From positions 1 through 14,497 of the forward strand of contig JBHHYI010000105.1 in the NCBI GenBank assembly GCA_046757525.1: 14,497 bases of DNA, read 5' to 3'. Of this stretch, positions 7,212-14,497 are shown piece by piece. The stretch's first letter is position 1. Every line of letters starts with the position of its first letter. The translations under genes and the position numbers were made by a program. A model generated the notes under the pieces. The model was not told the DNA's origin, made no database searches, and was given only the letters and a program-made list of their open reading frames with translations. The DNA comes from a bacterium (GTDB taxonomy: Bacteria > Zhuqueibacterota > Zhuqueibacteria > Oceanimicrobiales > Oceanimicrobiaceae).

Positions 7212-7347
7212 CAACCAGAAACAAGGACTTGCCAGACATTTACAGAAACCGTTGCTGCCGCGTCTTGAACCTACAACAGCCTCCAACTACGTGTTTCGCG
7301 ATTTTGAAAGGTTGCTGTACTACCTGGTCGCAGGGCCCACGCCATAA
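7204..7347 (+). CDS. Possible small hypothetical protein (47 aa)
   Basis: The ATG at 7204 overlaps the kinase stop (ATGTGTGA). The ORF fills the gap up to the next promoter. I recognise no domain in it. Confidence 0.3.
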   Translation: MCDNQKQGLARHLQKPLLPRLEPTTASNYVFRDFERLLYYLVAGPTP

Positions 7348-7362
7348 GTTCTGAGTTTTTGT

Positions 7363-7391
7363 TTGACAAAAAGGGAATTAATTCTTACATT
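7363..7391 (+). promoter_or_regulatory. Sigma70-type promoter for the polyprenyl synthase-apbE-SDR unit
   Basis: Perfect TTGACA (7363-7368), a 17-nt spacer, then TACATT (7386-7391). Confidence 0.7.
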
Positions 7392-7436
7392 AGCCCGATT
7401 AAATGGCACTATTGCAACAAATTGCTGGGGCTGGTG

Positions 7437-8411
7437 GTGAAACTCAAAGAAATTTGTAGACCGATTGAGGACGATCTCAGTGCTTACGAAACGGAGTTCA
7501 AGGATCTGTTAAAATCCAAGGTTTTCCTGGTCGATAAAGCTATTCAATATATTCTGCGCAATAAGGGCAAGAGGCTCAGACCAATTCTGGTGCTGTTGAC
7601 CACCAGATTGCACAACGGCGTTGCATTGGACTCGCGACAACTGAAAGCCGCAGCCATCATGGAGCTTTTCCACACGGCTACCCTGGTACACGACGATGTG
7701 GTCGATGGCTCGCACCAACGCCGCGGCATGCCTTCTTTGAATTCGATCTGGAAAAACAAAGTTTCGGTGCTGATGGGCGATTATCTCTTTTCCAAGGCTC
7801 TCCTGGCCATGCTGAGTTTGAAGAATTGGCGCGCTTATGAAATCATCTCCGAAACGGCCGAACGCATGAGCCAGGGAGAGTTGTTAGGGGTGGAGCGCAG
7901 CAAGGATTATTGGATGGACGAAGAGGTCTATTTCCGGCTCATTGCAGACAAAACCGCAGCCTTGTTGGCGGCGGCGTGTCAGTTAGGTGCGGTCTCTACT
8001 TCCAATGACGAGGCTGACATCCAGGCCATGAAAGAATTCGGTGAGAATTTGGGCATCGCCTTCCAAATCCGCGACGATTTGTTGGACTTCAATGGCAAGA
8101 ACACTGGTAAGCCCATGGGCAATGATATTCGCGACAACAAGATCACGCTGCCGCTTCTTTACGCGCTCAAACAGGCGCGCAAAAGTGAAGCGCGGCAGAT
8201 CATCCGGCTAATCAAACGGGAGGCTCGAAAGAAAGCGATCGTCAACGAGATAGCAGCTTTTGTTGAAGCCAACGGCGGCACGAAATATGCCATGGCCAAA
8301 GCCAGCGATTATTGCGACAAGGCGCTAAGAAGCTTGAATCGGTATCCGGATTCCCCGTATAAAGATTCTTTGCTCAAACTGGTGCACTTTGTCGTTTATC
8401 GGGAGAATTGA
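7437..8411 (+). CDS. Long-chain polyprenyl diphosphate synthase (IspB/octaprenyl-like)
   Basis: GKRLRP, FARM HDDVVD...RRG, MGDYL, KTA, and SARM FQIRDDLLD...GKP. Ala five residues before FARM favours long-chain products. I moved the start from TTG 7359 to GTG 7437 (alternative 7434) because a promoter overlaps the upstream codons and GGGG at 7427-7430 fits an RBS. Confidence 0.92.
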   Translation: MKLKEICRPIEDDLSAYETEFKDLLKSKVFLVDKAIQYILRNKGKRLRPILVLLTTRLHNGVALDSRQLKAAAIMELFHTATLVHDDVVDGSHQRRGMPSLNSIWKNKVSVLMGDYLFSKALLAMLSLKNWRAYEIISETAERMSQGELLGVERSKDYWMDEEVYFRLIADKTAALLAAACQLGAVSTSNDEADIQAMKEFGENLGIAFQIRDDLLDFNGKNTGKPMGNDIRDNKITLPLLYALKQARKSEARQIIRLIKREARKKAIVNEIAAFVEANGGTKYAMAKASDYCDKALRSLNRYPDSPYKDSLLKLVHFVVYREN

Positions 8412-8415
8412 CGGC

Positions 8416-9429
8416 TTGAAAAGCTCTGCGCTGTTCCACAGTGTTCTTTTGCTCCTCGGTTGTGTCGGTTGTTTTAAACAAGATATTCAACTTTTTGAAG
8501 AAAAACGTATTTTAATGGACACTTTGGTGTCCATTACTATTTATGCCACCGAAGAGCCTCAAGATTGGCGTCAGCATGTGGCTCAGGCTTTCGACGCGGT
8601 TAAGCGTGTGGAAGATTTGACAACCTCCTTTTCCGATTCGAGTGACATAGGGCAGGTCAATGTCAATGCAGGGCGCAATTACTATCCCGTTGACGACGAG
8701 GTGCTCGAAATTGTGCGACAGGCTCAGGAGATCAGCAAATTGTCCCACGGGGCTTTTGACATCACCATCTTGCCTTTGCTGCGGCTGTGGCGCTTCAAGT
8801 CAGCCCACCCAAGGGTTCCCAACCAGGCTGAAATCTCTGCAAAACGGGCGTTGGTCGGCTACAATAAGATTGACATAAAAGGCAACGAAATCCAGTTGCC
8901 CGAAAGAGGGATGGGATTAGATTTAGGCGGCATCGCCAAAGGGTATGCGGTTGACCGGGCTGCGGAGCTATTACGTGCATTTGGTTACGAAGATTTCTTG
9001 ATCGACGCTGGTGGGGACTTGAGGGCATTTGCCGGGCCATTGACCCGGGGTCGTCGCACGATTTGGGTACGGCATCCCAGGACTCGAGAAGGCTTTTTTG
9101 CCAAAATCAAGATGGACTCCGGGGCCGTGGCAACTTCGGGAGATTACGAGAGATATTTCGAGATCGACGGGAAGCGGTATCACCATGTCCTCGATCCGGC
9201 AACCGGTTCTCCCGGCCGTCCCGCGGTCAGCGTAACCATTTTTGCCCCGACCACGGCCCGGGCCGATGCGGTGGCGACGGCCGTGTTCGTCCTTGGCCCG
9301 CAGCAGGGCATGGCGTTCATAGAAAAAGACAGTGATCTCGAAGGCCTGATTATTTTTGAGAAAGACTCAAATTTGCAATGGACGGTTTCTCAAGGTATTG
9401 CTAACAAACTAAACATCCTCGAACCCTAA
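8416..9429 (+). CDS. apbE: FAD:protein FMN transferase ApbE, probable lipoprotein
   Basis: LMDT, GAFDIT, LDLGGIAKGYAVD, IDAGGD, AVATSGDYERYF, RYHHVLDP and ADAVATA. The TTG at 8416 follows GGGAGA (8401-8406) and gives a signal peptide MKSSALFHSVLLLLGCVGC with a lipobox-like Cys. Confidence 0.93.
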   Translation: MKSSALFHSVLLLLGCVGCFKQDIQLFEEKRILMDTLVSITIYATEEPQDWRQHVAQAFDAVKRVEDLTTSFSDSSDIGQVNVNAGRNYYPVDDEVLEIVRQAQEISKLSHGAFDITILPLLRLWRFKSAHPRVPNQAEISAKRALVGYNKIDIKGNEIQLPERGMGLDLGGIAKGYAVDRAAELLRAFGYEDFLIDAGGDLRAFAGPLTRGRRTIWVRHPRTREGFFAKIKMDSGAVATSGDYERYFEIDGKRYHHVLDPATGSPGRPAVSVTIFAPTTARADAVATAVFVLGPQQGMAFIEKDSDLEGLIIFEKDSNLQWTVSQGIANKLNILEP

Positions 9430-9444
9430 GTTAAAGGAGTAACA

Positions 9445-10380
9445 ATGCCAAGAACCTTAGTCACTGGTGGCGCTGGATTTTTGGGTTCGCACATCTGCGA
9501 ATACCTGCTCAACAGGGGACACGAAGTGATGGCCATGGATAATCTGCTAACCGGCACCGTGGCTAATATCGAGCACCTGCAATGCGAACGGTTTAAATTC
9601 ATAAAACACGACGTCACAGAATATATTTACTGCGCTGGCAAAATCGATTATGTGATTCATTTTGCTTCTCCAGCCAGCCCCAAGGATTATCTGGAGCTGC
9701 CTATTCAAACGCTGAAAGTGGGTGCCCTGGGCACGCACAAGGCCCTGGGCCTGGCGTTGGAAAAGCAGGCTACTTTCTTGTTAGCGTCGACGTCAGAGGT
9801 CTACGGCGACCCGCAGGAGCACCCACAGAAAGAAGACTACTGGGGGCATGTGAATCCTGTAGGGCCTCGTGGCGTCTACGATGAGGCTAAGAGATTTGGC
9901 GAGGCCATTACCATGGCTTATCACCGCTTTCATGGCCTGGACACGAAAATCGTGCGGATTTTTAATACCTACGGCCCGCGGATGCGACCTAAAGATGGTA
10001 GGGCGATTCCTGTGTTCATTCCCCAGGCTTTGAAGAATGAGCCGATTACGGTTTTTGGCGACGGTTCTCAAACCCGGAGCTTCTGTTTTGTGGACGATCT
10101 GATTGGCGGCATTTACCGCTTGCTCATCTCCGACCATCATGAACCCGTAAACATCGGCAATCCGAACGAGATGACGATTAAGGAGTTGGCGGAAACCATC
10201 ATTAACGTGACGGGGAGTAGGAGCACCATTTCGTACAAGCCGCTGCCTGTGGACGATCCTAAAGTGCGCCAGCCCAACATCGATAAGGCCCGGCAGATCC
10301 TGGGATGGGAACCCAGGGTTTCCCTGAAGGAAGGTCTCGGTAAAACCATCGCCTGGTTTAAAACGCAAGATATGGATTAG
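9445..10380 (+). CDS. UDP-glucuronic acid decarboxylase family NAD-dependent epimerase/dehydratase (extended SDR)
   Basis: [31 protein letters not shown] (YxxxK), [19 protein letters not shown] and [18 protein letters not shown] at about 9433-9439. Confidence 0.93.
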   Translation: MPRTLVTGGAGFLGSHICEYLLNRGHEVMAMDNLLTGTVANIEHLQCERFKFIKHDVTEYIYCAGKIDYVIHFASPASPKDYLELPIQTLKVGALGTHKALGLALEKQATFLLASTSEVYGDPQEHPQKEDYWGHVNPVGPRGVYDEAKRFGEAITMAYHRFHGLDTKIVRIFNTYGPRMRPKDGRAIPVFIPQALKNEPITVFGDGSQTRSFCFVDDLIGGIYRLLISDHHEPVNIGNPNEMTIKELAETIINVTGSRSTISYKPLPVDDPKVRQPNIDKARQILGWEPRVSLKEGLGKTIAWFKTQDMD

Positions 10381-10391
10381 ATACGTTGATT

Positions 10392-10432
10392 AGACCCCAT
10401 GCGGTCTCGCTTAGCGCCGGGGAGTTTTTTTT
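10392..10432 (+). terminator. Weak candidate intrinsic terminator
   Basis: A GC-rich segment with short alternative stems (AGACC/GGTCT, CGC-TTA-GCG, CCCC/GGGG) is followed by T8 at 10425-10432. The stem is imperfect. Confidence 0.3.
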
Positions 10433-10550
10433 CGTGCCAACGGAATCCCAAAGTGGGCACGGCTGGTTAATAGTTTAGAACAGATTTGGGGGGATCTATT
10501 TCAACTCGCTTTTCAAAAGACCTAACCCGAAAAGGAGACACGCAAGGCCT

Positions 10551-10910
10551 TTGACTGCCAAACAATTAGCTCACAAAATCGCCAATCTAACGTTAGAAAA
10601 AAAAGCCATTGACATCCAAATATTGGATTTGCGCGGCCTAACTACAATCACAGACTTCTTTGTCATCTGCTCAGGGGAAAGCAACACACAAGTGAAAGCC
10701 ATCTCAGACCATATCTGGAGTGAACTAAAAAAGGAAAAGATTCGGCCTTTGCACATCGAAGGCAGTGAAGCCCAGGAGTGGGTATTGATCGATTACGTGG
10801 ATGTGGTCGTTCACATTTTTCAACCGGAAAAGAGAGAGTTTTACGGCCTGGAAAGATTTTGGGGAGATGCGGAAATTGAAGAAATCAAAGATGCCAGTTA
10901 TGAAAATTGA
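10551..10910 (+). CDS. rsfS: Ribosome silencing factor RsfS (Iojap)
   Basis: EKKAIDIQILDL, TDFFVICSGESNTQVKAI, HIEG, WVLIDYVDVVVHIF and REFYGLERFW. TTG start, with AAGGAG at 10532-10537. Confidence 0.96.
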   Translation: MTAKQLAHKIANLTLEKKAIDIQILDLRGLTTITDFFVICSGESNTQVKAISDHIWSELKKEKIRPLHIEGSEAQEWVLIDYVDVVVHIFQPEKREFYGLERFWGDAEIEEIKDASYEN

Positions 10911-12552
10911 GGATTATTTGATTGAGCAAATCAGGGCCGCTATGGCTCGCAAAGGATTTGCGGTAGCTGCGAATTTTGACTTCAGCCTGGAAAGACCCAA
11001 AAGCGCTGCGCACGGGGATTTGTCGACCAACGTGGCCATGCTGCTGGCAGCATCGCTAAAGCGCAGGCCGCGCGAGATCGCCACCGACTTGTTGCAAGCC
11101 TTGCAAACCGAGTCGGCTTTAATCTCAAAAGCTGAAGTTGCCGGCGCTGGTTTCATCAATTTCCACCTGAGTCGAGACTATTTCCGCGCAGCCTTGCAAA
11201 GCATTCTCGCTGCCGGCCAGGACTTTGGCCACGCCGATTGGGGTCAGCACACCAAGGTGCAGATCGAGTTTGTCAGCGCTAATCCTACGGGTCCCCTGAA
11301 TGTGGTTAGTGCCCGGGCCGCCACCGTGGGAGACGTTTTGGCCAGCCTCATGCAGGCCGTGGGTTTCGAGGTAGAGCGGGAGTTTTACGTCAACGATGCC
11401 GGCAGACAGGTCAAGCTGCTGGGCATGTCCTTAAGCTCCAGGTACATGGAACTGCTGGGATTGCAGGAGCCGTTCCCGGAGGAGGGGTATCATGGCGACT
11501 ACATTCGGGACTACGCCAGGGAGCTGGCAGACCAGGAAGGCGACCGTTATGCACGGTTAGAGCAGGAGCAGAGATGGGCCCAGTTTACCCGGTTGGCAGT
11601 GGAAAAAATGATTGCTGAGCAAAAGACGGTCCTGGGTCACTACCGGGTCAATTTTGACCATTGGTTCCGAGAGAGCAAATTGCGGCAACGAAACGCCCAC
11701 GAAGCGGTGCTGCGGCGGTTGGCCGAGCAAGGACATTTGTATGAAAAAGAGGGCGCCCAGTGGTTTGCTGCCAGCCAGTTCGGCGACGAAAAGGATCGCG
11801 TGCTGGTCACCAGCGCCGGGGAACCCACCTATTTCCTGGTGGACATCGCTTACCATTTGGACAAGTTTCAGCGAGGGTTTGAGAAGATTTACGACCTCTG
11901 GGGTCCGGACCATCACGGTTACATCAACCGAATGAAAGCTGCGCTCGAGGCCTTGGGCTACGACAGGAGTCGCTTCGAGGTGAAGATAATCCAGCAGGTC
12001 AACCTGCTTGAAAAAGGCCAGGTGGTCAAAATGTCCAAGAGGGCGGGTAAGATTATTGAAATGCGGGAACTCATCGAGGAGGTCGGCGTGGACGTGGCTC
12101 GCTATTTCTTCGTAGCCCGGCGCAACGAGAGTCCCCTTGATTTCGACATGGATTTGGCCAAAAACACCTCCGAAGAAAACCCGGTGTTCTACGTTCAATA
12201 TGCCCACGCTCGAATTTGCAACATCTTAAAGTTCGCTGAAGAAAAAAAGATTGCGCGAAGCGAACAGAGCGACTTGGCGCGTTTAACGGAGTTAGAGGAG
12301 TTCGACTTGATCAAGAAACTGTTGGAGTTCCCGGATGTGGTCACCAAGGCAGCCAAATTCCTTGAACCGCACCGATTGCCCAATTATCTGCACGAACTGG
12401 CTGCAACCTTTCATCGCTTCTACCATCACCGTCGGGTAGTTACCGACGATGAGGCACTCACTGGCGCAAGGTTGGTTTTGGTAGAGGCTACCAGGATTGT
12501 GCTGGCCAACGCCCTGGCATTGCTGGGCATTACGGCGCCGGAGAGAATGTGA
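10900..12552 (+). CDS. argS: Arginine--tRNA ligase
   Basis: HGDLSTNVA, AGAGFINF, EFVSANPTGPL, EFYVNDAG, DIAYH, WGPDHHGY, KMSKRAG, YVQYAHAR and LGITAPERM. The true start is probably ATG 10900 (alternative 10891), not 10801. Confidence 0.96.
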   Translation: MKIEDYLIEQIRAAMARKGFAVAANFDFSLERPKSAAHGDLSTNVAMLLAASLKRRPREIATDLLQALQTESALISKAEVAGAGFINFHLSRDYFRAALQSILAAGQDFGHADWGQHTKVQIEFVSANPTGPLNVVSARAATVGDVLASLMQAVGFEVEREFYVNDAGRQVKLLGMSLSSRYMELLGLQEPFPEEGYHGDYIRDYARELADQEGDRYARLEQEQRWAQFTRLAVEKMIAEQKTVLGHYRVNFDHWFRESKLRQRNAHEAVLRRLAEQGHLYEKEGAQWFAASQFGDEKDRVLVTSAGEPTYFLVDIAYHLDKFQRGFEKIYDLWGPDHHGYINRMKAALEALGYDRSRFEVKIIQQVNLLEKGQVVKMSKRAGKIIEMRELIEEVGVDVARYFFVARRNESPLDFDMDLAKNTSEENPVFYVQYAHARICNILKFAEEKKIARSEQSDLARLTELEEFDLIKKLLEFPDVVTKAAKFLEPHRLPNYLHELAATFHRFYHHRRVVTDDEALTGARLVLVEATRIVLANALALLGITAPERM

Positions 12553-12572
12553 ACAAATGCCAGGATAAGGCT

Positions 12573-12694
12573 TGTCATTGCGAGCGACCAGCGGGAGCGA
12601 AGCAATCTCCTGATCTCATAGTCTTGAGATTGCTTTGTCGTGCGTAACCCCGTTTTTAAATCAACAGAGTCGGCGAGGACTCGTTGCAATGACA
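12573..12694. repeat. Palindromic dispersed repeat of the GTCATTGCGAG...GCAATGAC type (MITE/REP-like)
   Basis: Terminal IR TGTCATTGC (12573-12581) / GCAATGACA (12686-12694). Inner IR AAGCAATCTC (12600-12609) / GAGATTGCTT (12626-12635). Small hairpin GAGTC (12667-12671) / GACTC (12678-12682). Confidence 0.85.
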
Positions 12695-12757
12695 GGTCGG
12701 ATTTTGATTCTGTCAATAGTTCAGATCTAAGTTAGCAACCAAACACAGGACGAATTC

Positions 12758-13678
12758 ATGAGCATACTCGTAGTAGGATCCGTGGCTTTTGATTCAGTAG
12801 AAACTCCTCTTGGTAAAGCCGAAGAAGCGTTAGGGGGATCGGCGACCTATTTCAGCGCCGCAGCCTCTTATTTTGCACCGGTGCAGTTGGTAGCCGTGGT
12901 AGGTCAGGACTTTCGTGAAGACAGGTTAGATTTCTTGCGGCAGAGAAATGTGGACCTCACGGGTTTGGAAATAAAAGAAGGGAAGACGTTCCGCTGGGGG
13001 GGCAAATACAACTTCGATTTGAACATGCGCGAAACGCTCTTTACCCATTTGAATGTGTTCGAGAACTTTCAACCGCGTATTCCACAAGCCTACCGAGACA
13101 GCCAGCACGTTTTCTTGGCCAATATTGCGCCCGAATTGCAGCTCGAAGTTCTAAGTCAAATCCGTGCGCCCAGGTTGGTGGCCCTGGACACGATGAACTT
13201 CTGGATCGAGGGCAGCTTGTCGGCGCTGCAAAAAACCCTGGGCAAGGTCGATGTTTTAATCGTCAACGACTCCGAAGCACGGCAACTGGCCGAAGAGTTC
13301 AATCTTTTTAGAGCCTCCAAAGCCATTCACGAAATGGGGCCCAAGGTCATCATCATCAAAAAAGGGGAGCACGGGGCTTTAATGATCACCGCAGATTCTT
13401 ATTTCTGGGCGCCGGCCTATCCGCTGGAAACGATCTACGACCCCACCGGTGCCGGCGATTCCTTCGCCGGTGGCTTCATGGGCTATTTGGCCAAAGTGGA
13501 TGACCTGAGTCAAGAATCGCTGCGCCGTGCGATCATCTTTGGTAGCACCATGGCGTCTTTCTGTGTGGAGAAATTCAGCATGGAACGGCTGAAGGAATTG
13601 AACGAGGAAGCCATTCGCCAGCGCTTCCAGGAGTTTTGGAAAATGACCAATTTCGATCATGAGAACAGCGGCTTCTGA
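12758..13678 (+). CDS. PfkB/ribokinase family sugar or nucleoside kinase
   Basis: VVGSVAFD, LGGSATY, VNDSEA, KKGEHGA and the PfkB signature DPTGAGDSFAGGF. Confidence 0.93.
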   Translation: MSILVVGSVAFDSVETPLGKAEEALGGSATYFSAAASYFAPVQLVAVVGQDFREDRLDFLRQRNVDLTGLEIKEGKTFRWGGKYNFDLNMRETLFTHLNVFENFQPRIPQAYRDSQHVFLANIAPELQLEVLSQIRAPRLVALDTMNFWIEGSLSALQKTLGKVDVLIVNDSEARQLAEEFNLFRASKAIHEMGPKVIIIKKGEHGALMITADSYFWAPAYPLETIYDPTGAGDSFAGGFMGYLAKVDDLSQESLRRAIIFGSTMASFCVEKFSMERLKELNEEAIRQRFQEFWKMTNFDHENSGF

Positions 13679-13856
13679 TTTTGTGAGCCTCCCCAGCGCA
13701 GGAAGCCGCCAACCGATGGGCACGGAGTTTAAGGATGGAACGGATTTACGCCAATTCGTTGCAAGACTTTTTACGCTTTTGTCAAAACGTTCTAACGGGA
13801 TCGCGACAGAGCTGAGCGCAACGGTCACCGACCCGGCCAGCAACTCTTAAATTGCC

Positions 13857-14276
13857 ATGAAAATCATAACCGATTTCATCGACATTGCGACCAAAGGCCA
13901 CACCGACATCATCGACGTCACCCGCCAGGTGGCCGAGGTGTTGCGCAAATCCGGTCTAAGCGACGGCAGCCTGACTGTTTTCGTGTCCGGTTCCACCGCC
14001 GGGGTGACGACCATAGAGTACGAGCCGGGCCTGCTCCAGGACCTGCCAGAAGCTTTTGAAAAACTCGCCCCCACCGGTGTAACCTACCACCACGACGCCA
14101 CCTGGGGCGACGGCAACGGCTATGCTCACGTGCGAGCTGCCCTGTTGGGCGCCTCGTTTACAGTGCCGTTCCAGGCCGGCCGCCTTCTGCTGGGCACCTG
14201 GCAGCAGATCGTGGTCATCGATTTTGACAACCGCTCTCGCAACCGCCGTGTGGTGGTACAGATGCTGGGCCAATAG
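13857..14276 (+). CDS. yjbQ: YjbQ family protein (UPF0047, secondary thiamine-phosphate synthase)
   Basis: DIIDVT, GSTAGVTTIE, YHHD...GDGNGYAHVRA and LLLGTWQQIVVIDFD. Confidence 0.92.
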   Translation: MKIITDFIDIATKGHTDIIDVTRQVAEVLRKSGLSDGSLTVFVSGSTAGVTTIEYEPGLLQDLPEAFEKLAPTGVTYHHDATWGDGNGYAHVRAALLGASFTVPFQAGRLLLGTWQQIVVIDFDNRSRNRRVVVQMLGQ

Positions 14277-14290
14277 CCGCCAAGCAGGCT

Positions 14291-14415
14291 TTTCGGTGTT
14301 GAAGCAGGTTTTTGAAACTAAACACCGAAGCACACCGAGGAACACCGAAGGGTACAGTGGAGCAACTTCTGAGCATATTGAGTTTTTTTCGGTGCTTTCA
14401 GTGTCCTTAGGTGCT
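14291..14415. repeat. 10-bp tandem repeat with inverted counterparts (ACACCGAAG type)
   Basis: AACACCGAAG-CACACCGAGG-AACACCGAAG (14321-14350). A degenerate inverted triplet TTCGGTGCTT-TCAGTGTCCT-TAGGTGCT lies at 14388-14415, and an extra inverted copy TTCGGTGTT at 14292-14300. Confidence 0.75.
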
Positions 14416-14464
14416 CAATTGTTCTTTTGACATTAAACACTGGTCAAAGTCAGCAAAGGAGAAG

Positions 14465-14497
14465 GTGGGCTTAAAAGCGACTCCGTCGTATTGTGCC
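14465..14497 (+). CDS. Possible 5' end of the next gene (truncated by the window)
   Basis: AAAGGAG at 14455-14461 is followed by GTG at 14465, and the frame stays open to the window end. The spacing is short and only 11 codons are visible. Confidence 0.2.
   Translation, partial: MGLKATPSYCA

Noticed and set aside
7359..7436. N-terminal extension of the polyprenyl synthase from TTG 7359
   Set aside because: It overlaps a near-consensus sigma70 promoter. Family-like sequence begins at about GTG 7437.
8389..8415. Longer apbE start in the ORF track
   Set aside because: It overlaps the upstream gene. TTG 8416 has an RBS and yields a proper signal peptide.
10381..10550. tRNA, T-box or known riboswitch upstream of rsfS-argS
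   Set aside because: I could not find a cloverleaf, T-box consensus or recognisable aptamer core.
10801..10890. argS start at 10801
   Set aside because: It would overlap rsfS by 110 nt and adds residues unlike ArgRS N-termini.
11557..12207. Long antisense ORFs (216 aa here, also 9793-10368, 5736-6290 and 13379-13843)
   Set aside because: They are shadows of well-supported plus-strand genes, with no recognisable motifs.
12426..12716. 96-aa minus-strand ORF
   Set aside because: It is a translation of the palindromic repeat (RLLRSRWSLAMT) plus antisense argS, a typical spurious ORF.
14321..14350. Possible CRISPR array
   Set aside because: The units are 10 bp and directly adjacent, with no spacers and no cas genes.
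14122..14430. 102-aa alternative-frame ORF overlapping yjbQ
   Set aside because: It runs through the tandem repeat and is out of frame with a conserved gene.
1..14497. Apparent rise in GC content from the kinase region to the argS-yjbQ region as a sign of horizontal transfer
   Set aside because: This was judged only by eye. There is no integrase, tRNA or flanking direct repeat, and codon bias of housekeeping genes could explain it. A sliding-window GC and tetranucleotide analysis would be needed.

Overview
A 14.5 kb bacterial chromosomal window in which every credible gene is on the + strand. Gene content resembles FCB-group lineages such as KSB1 or Calditrichota, but this is an impression and not determinable here. 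In order: the 3' end of a large Ig/Fn3-like protein, an NrnA-type DHH phosphoesterase, a full-length M20D amidohydrolase homologue that appears to have lost all of its metal ligands, and three consecutive cytoplasmic histidine kinases with no output response regulator. The kinases are a PAS kinase with an atypical HN H-box, a sensorless kinase, and a REC-PAS-PAS hybrid kinase with a four-Cys PAS motif. A housekeeping run follows: long-chain polyprenyl synthase, apbE, UDP-glucuronate decarboxylase-like SDR, rsfS, argS (NVVS in place of the HIGH motif), a PfkB kinase and yjbQ. Three unrelated short palindromic repeat elements sit in intergenic gaps. I saw no rRNA, tRNA, CRISPR array or transposase. 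The best candidate for an undescribed system is the pseudo-amidohydrolase plus triple-kinase module (1747-7211). All family calls rest on motif recognition by eye, and no searches were run.
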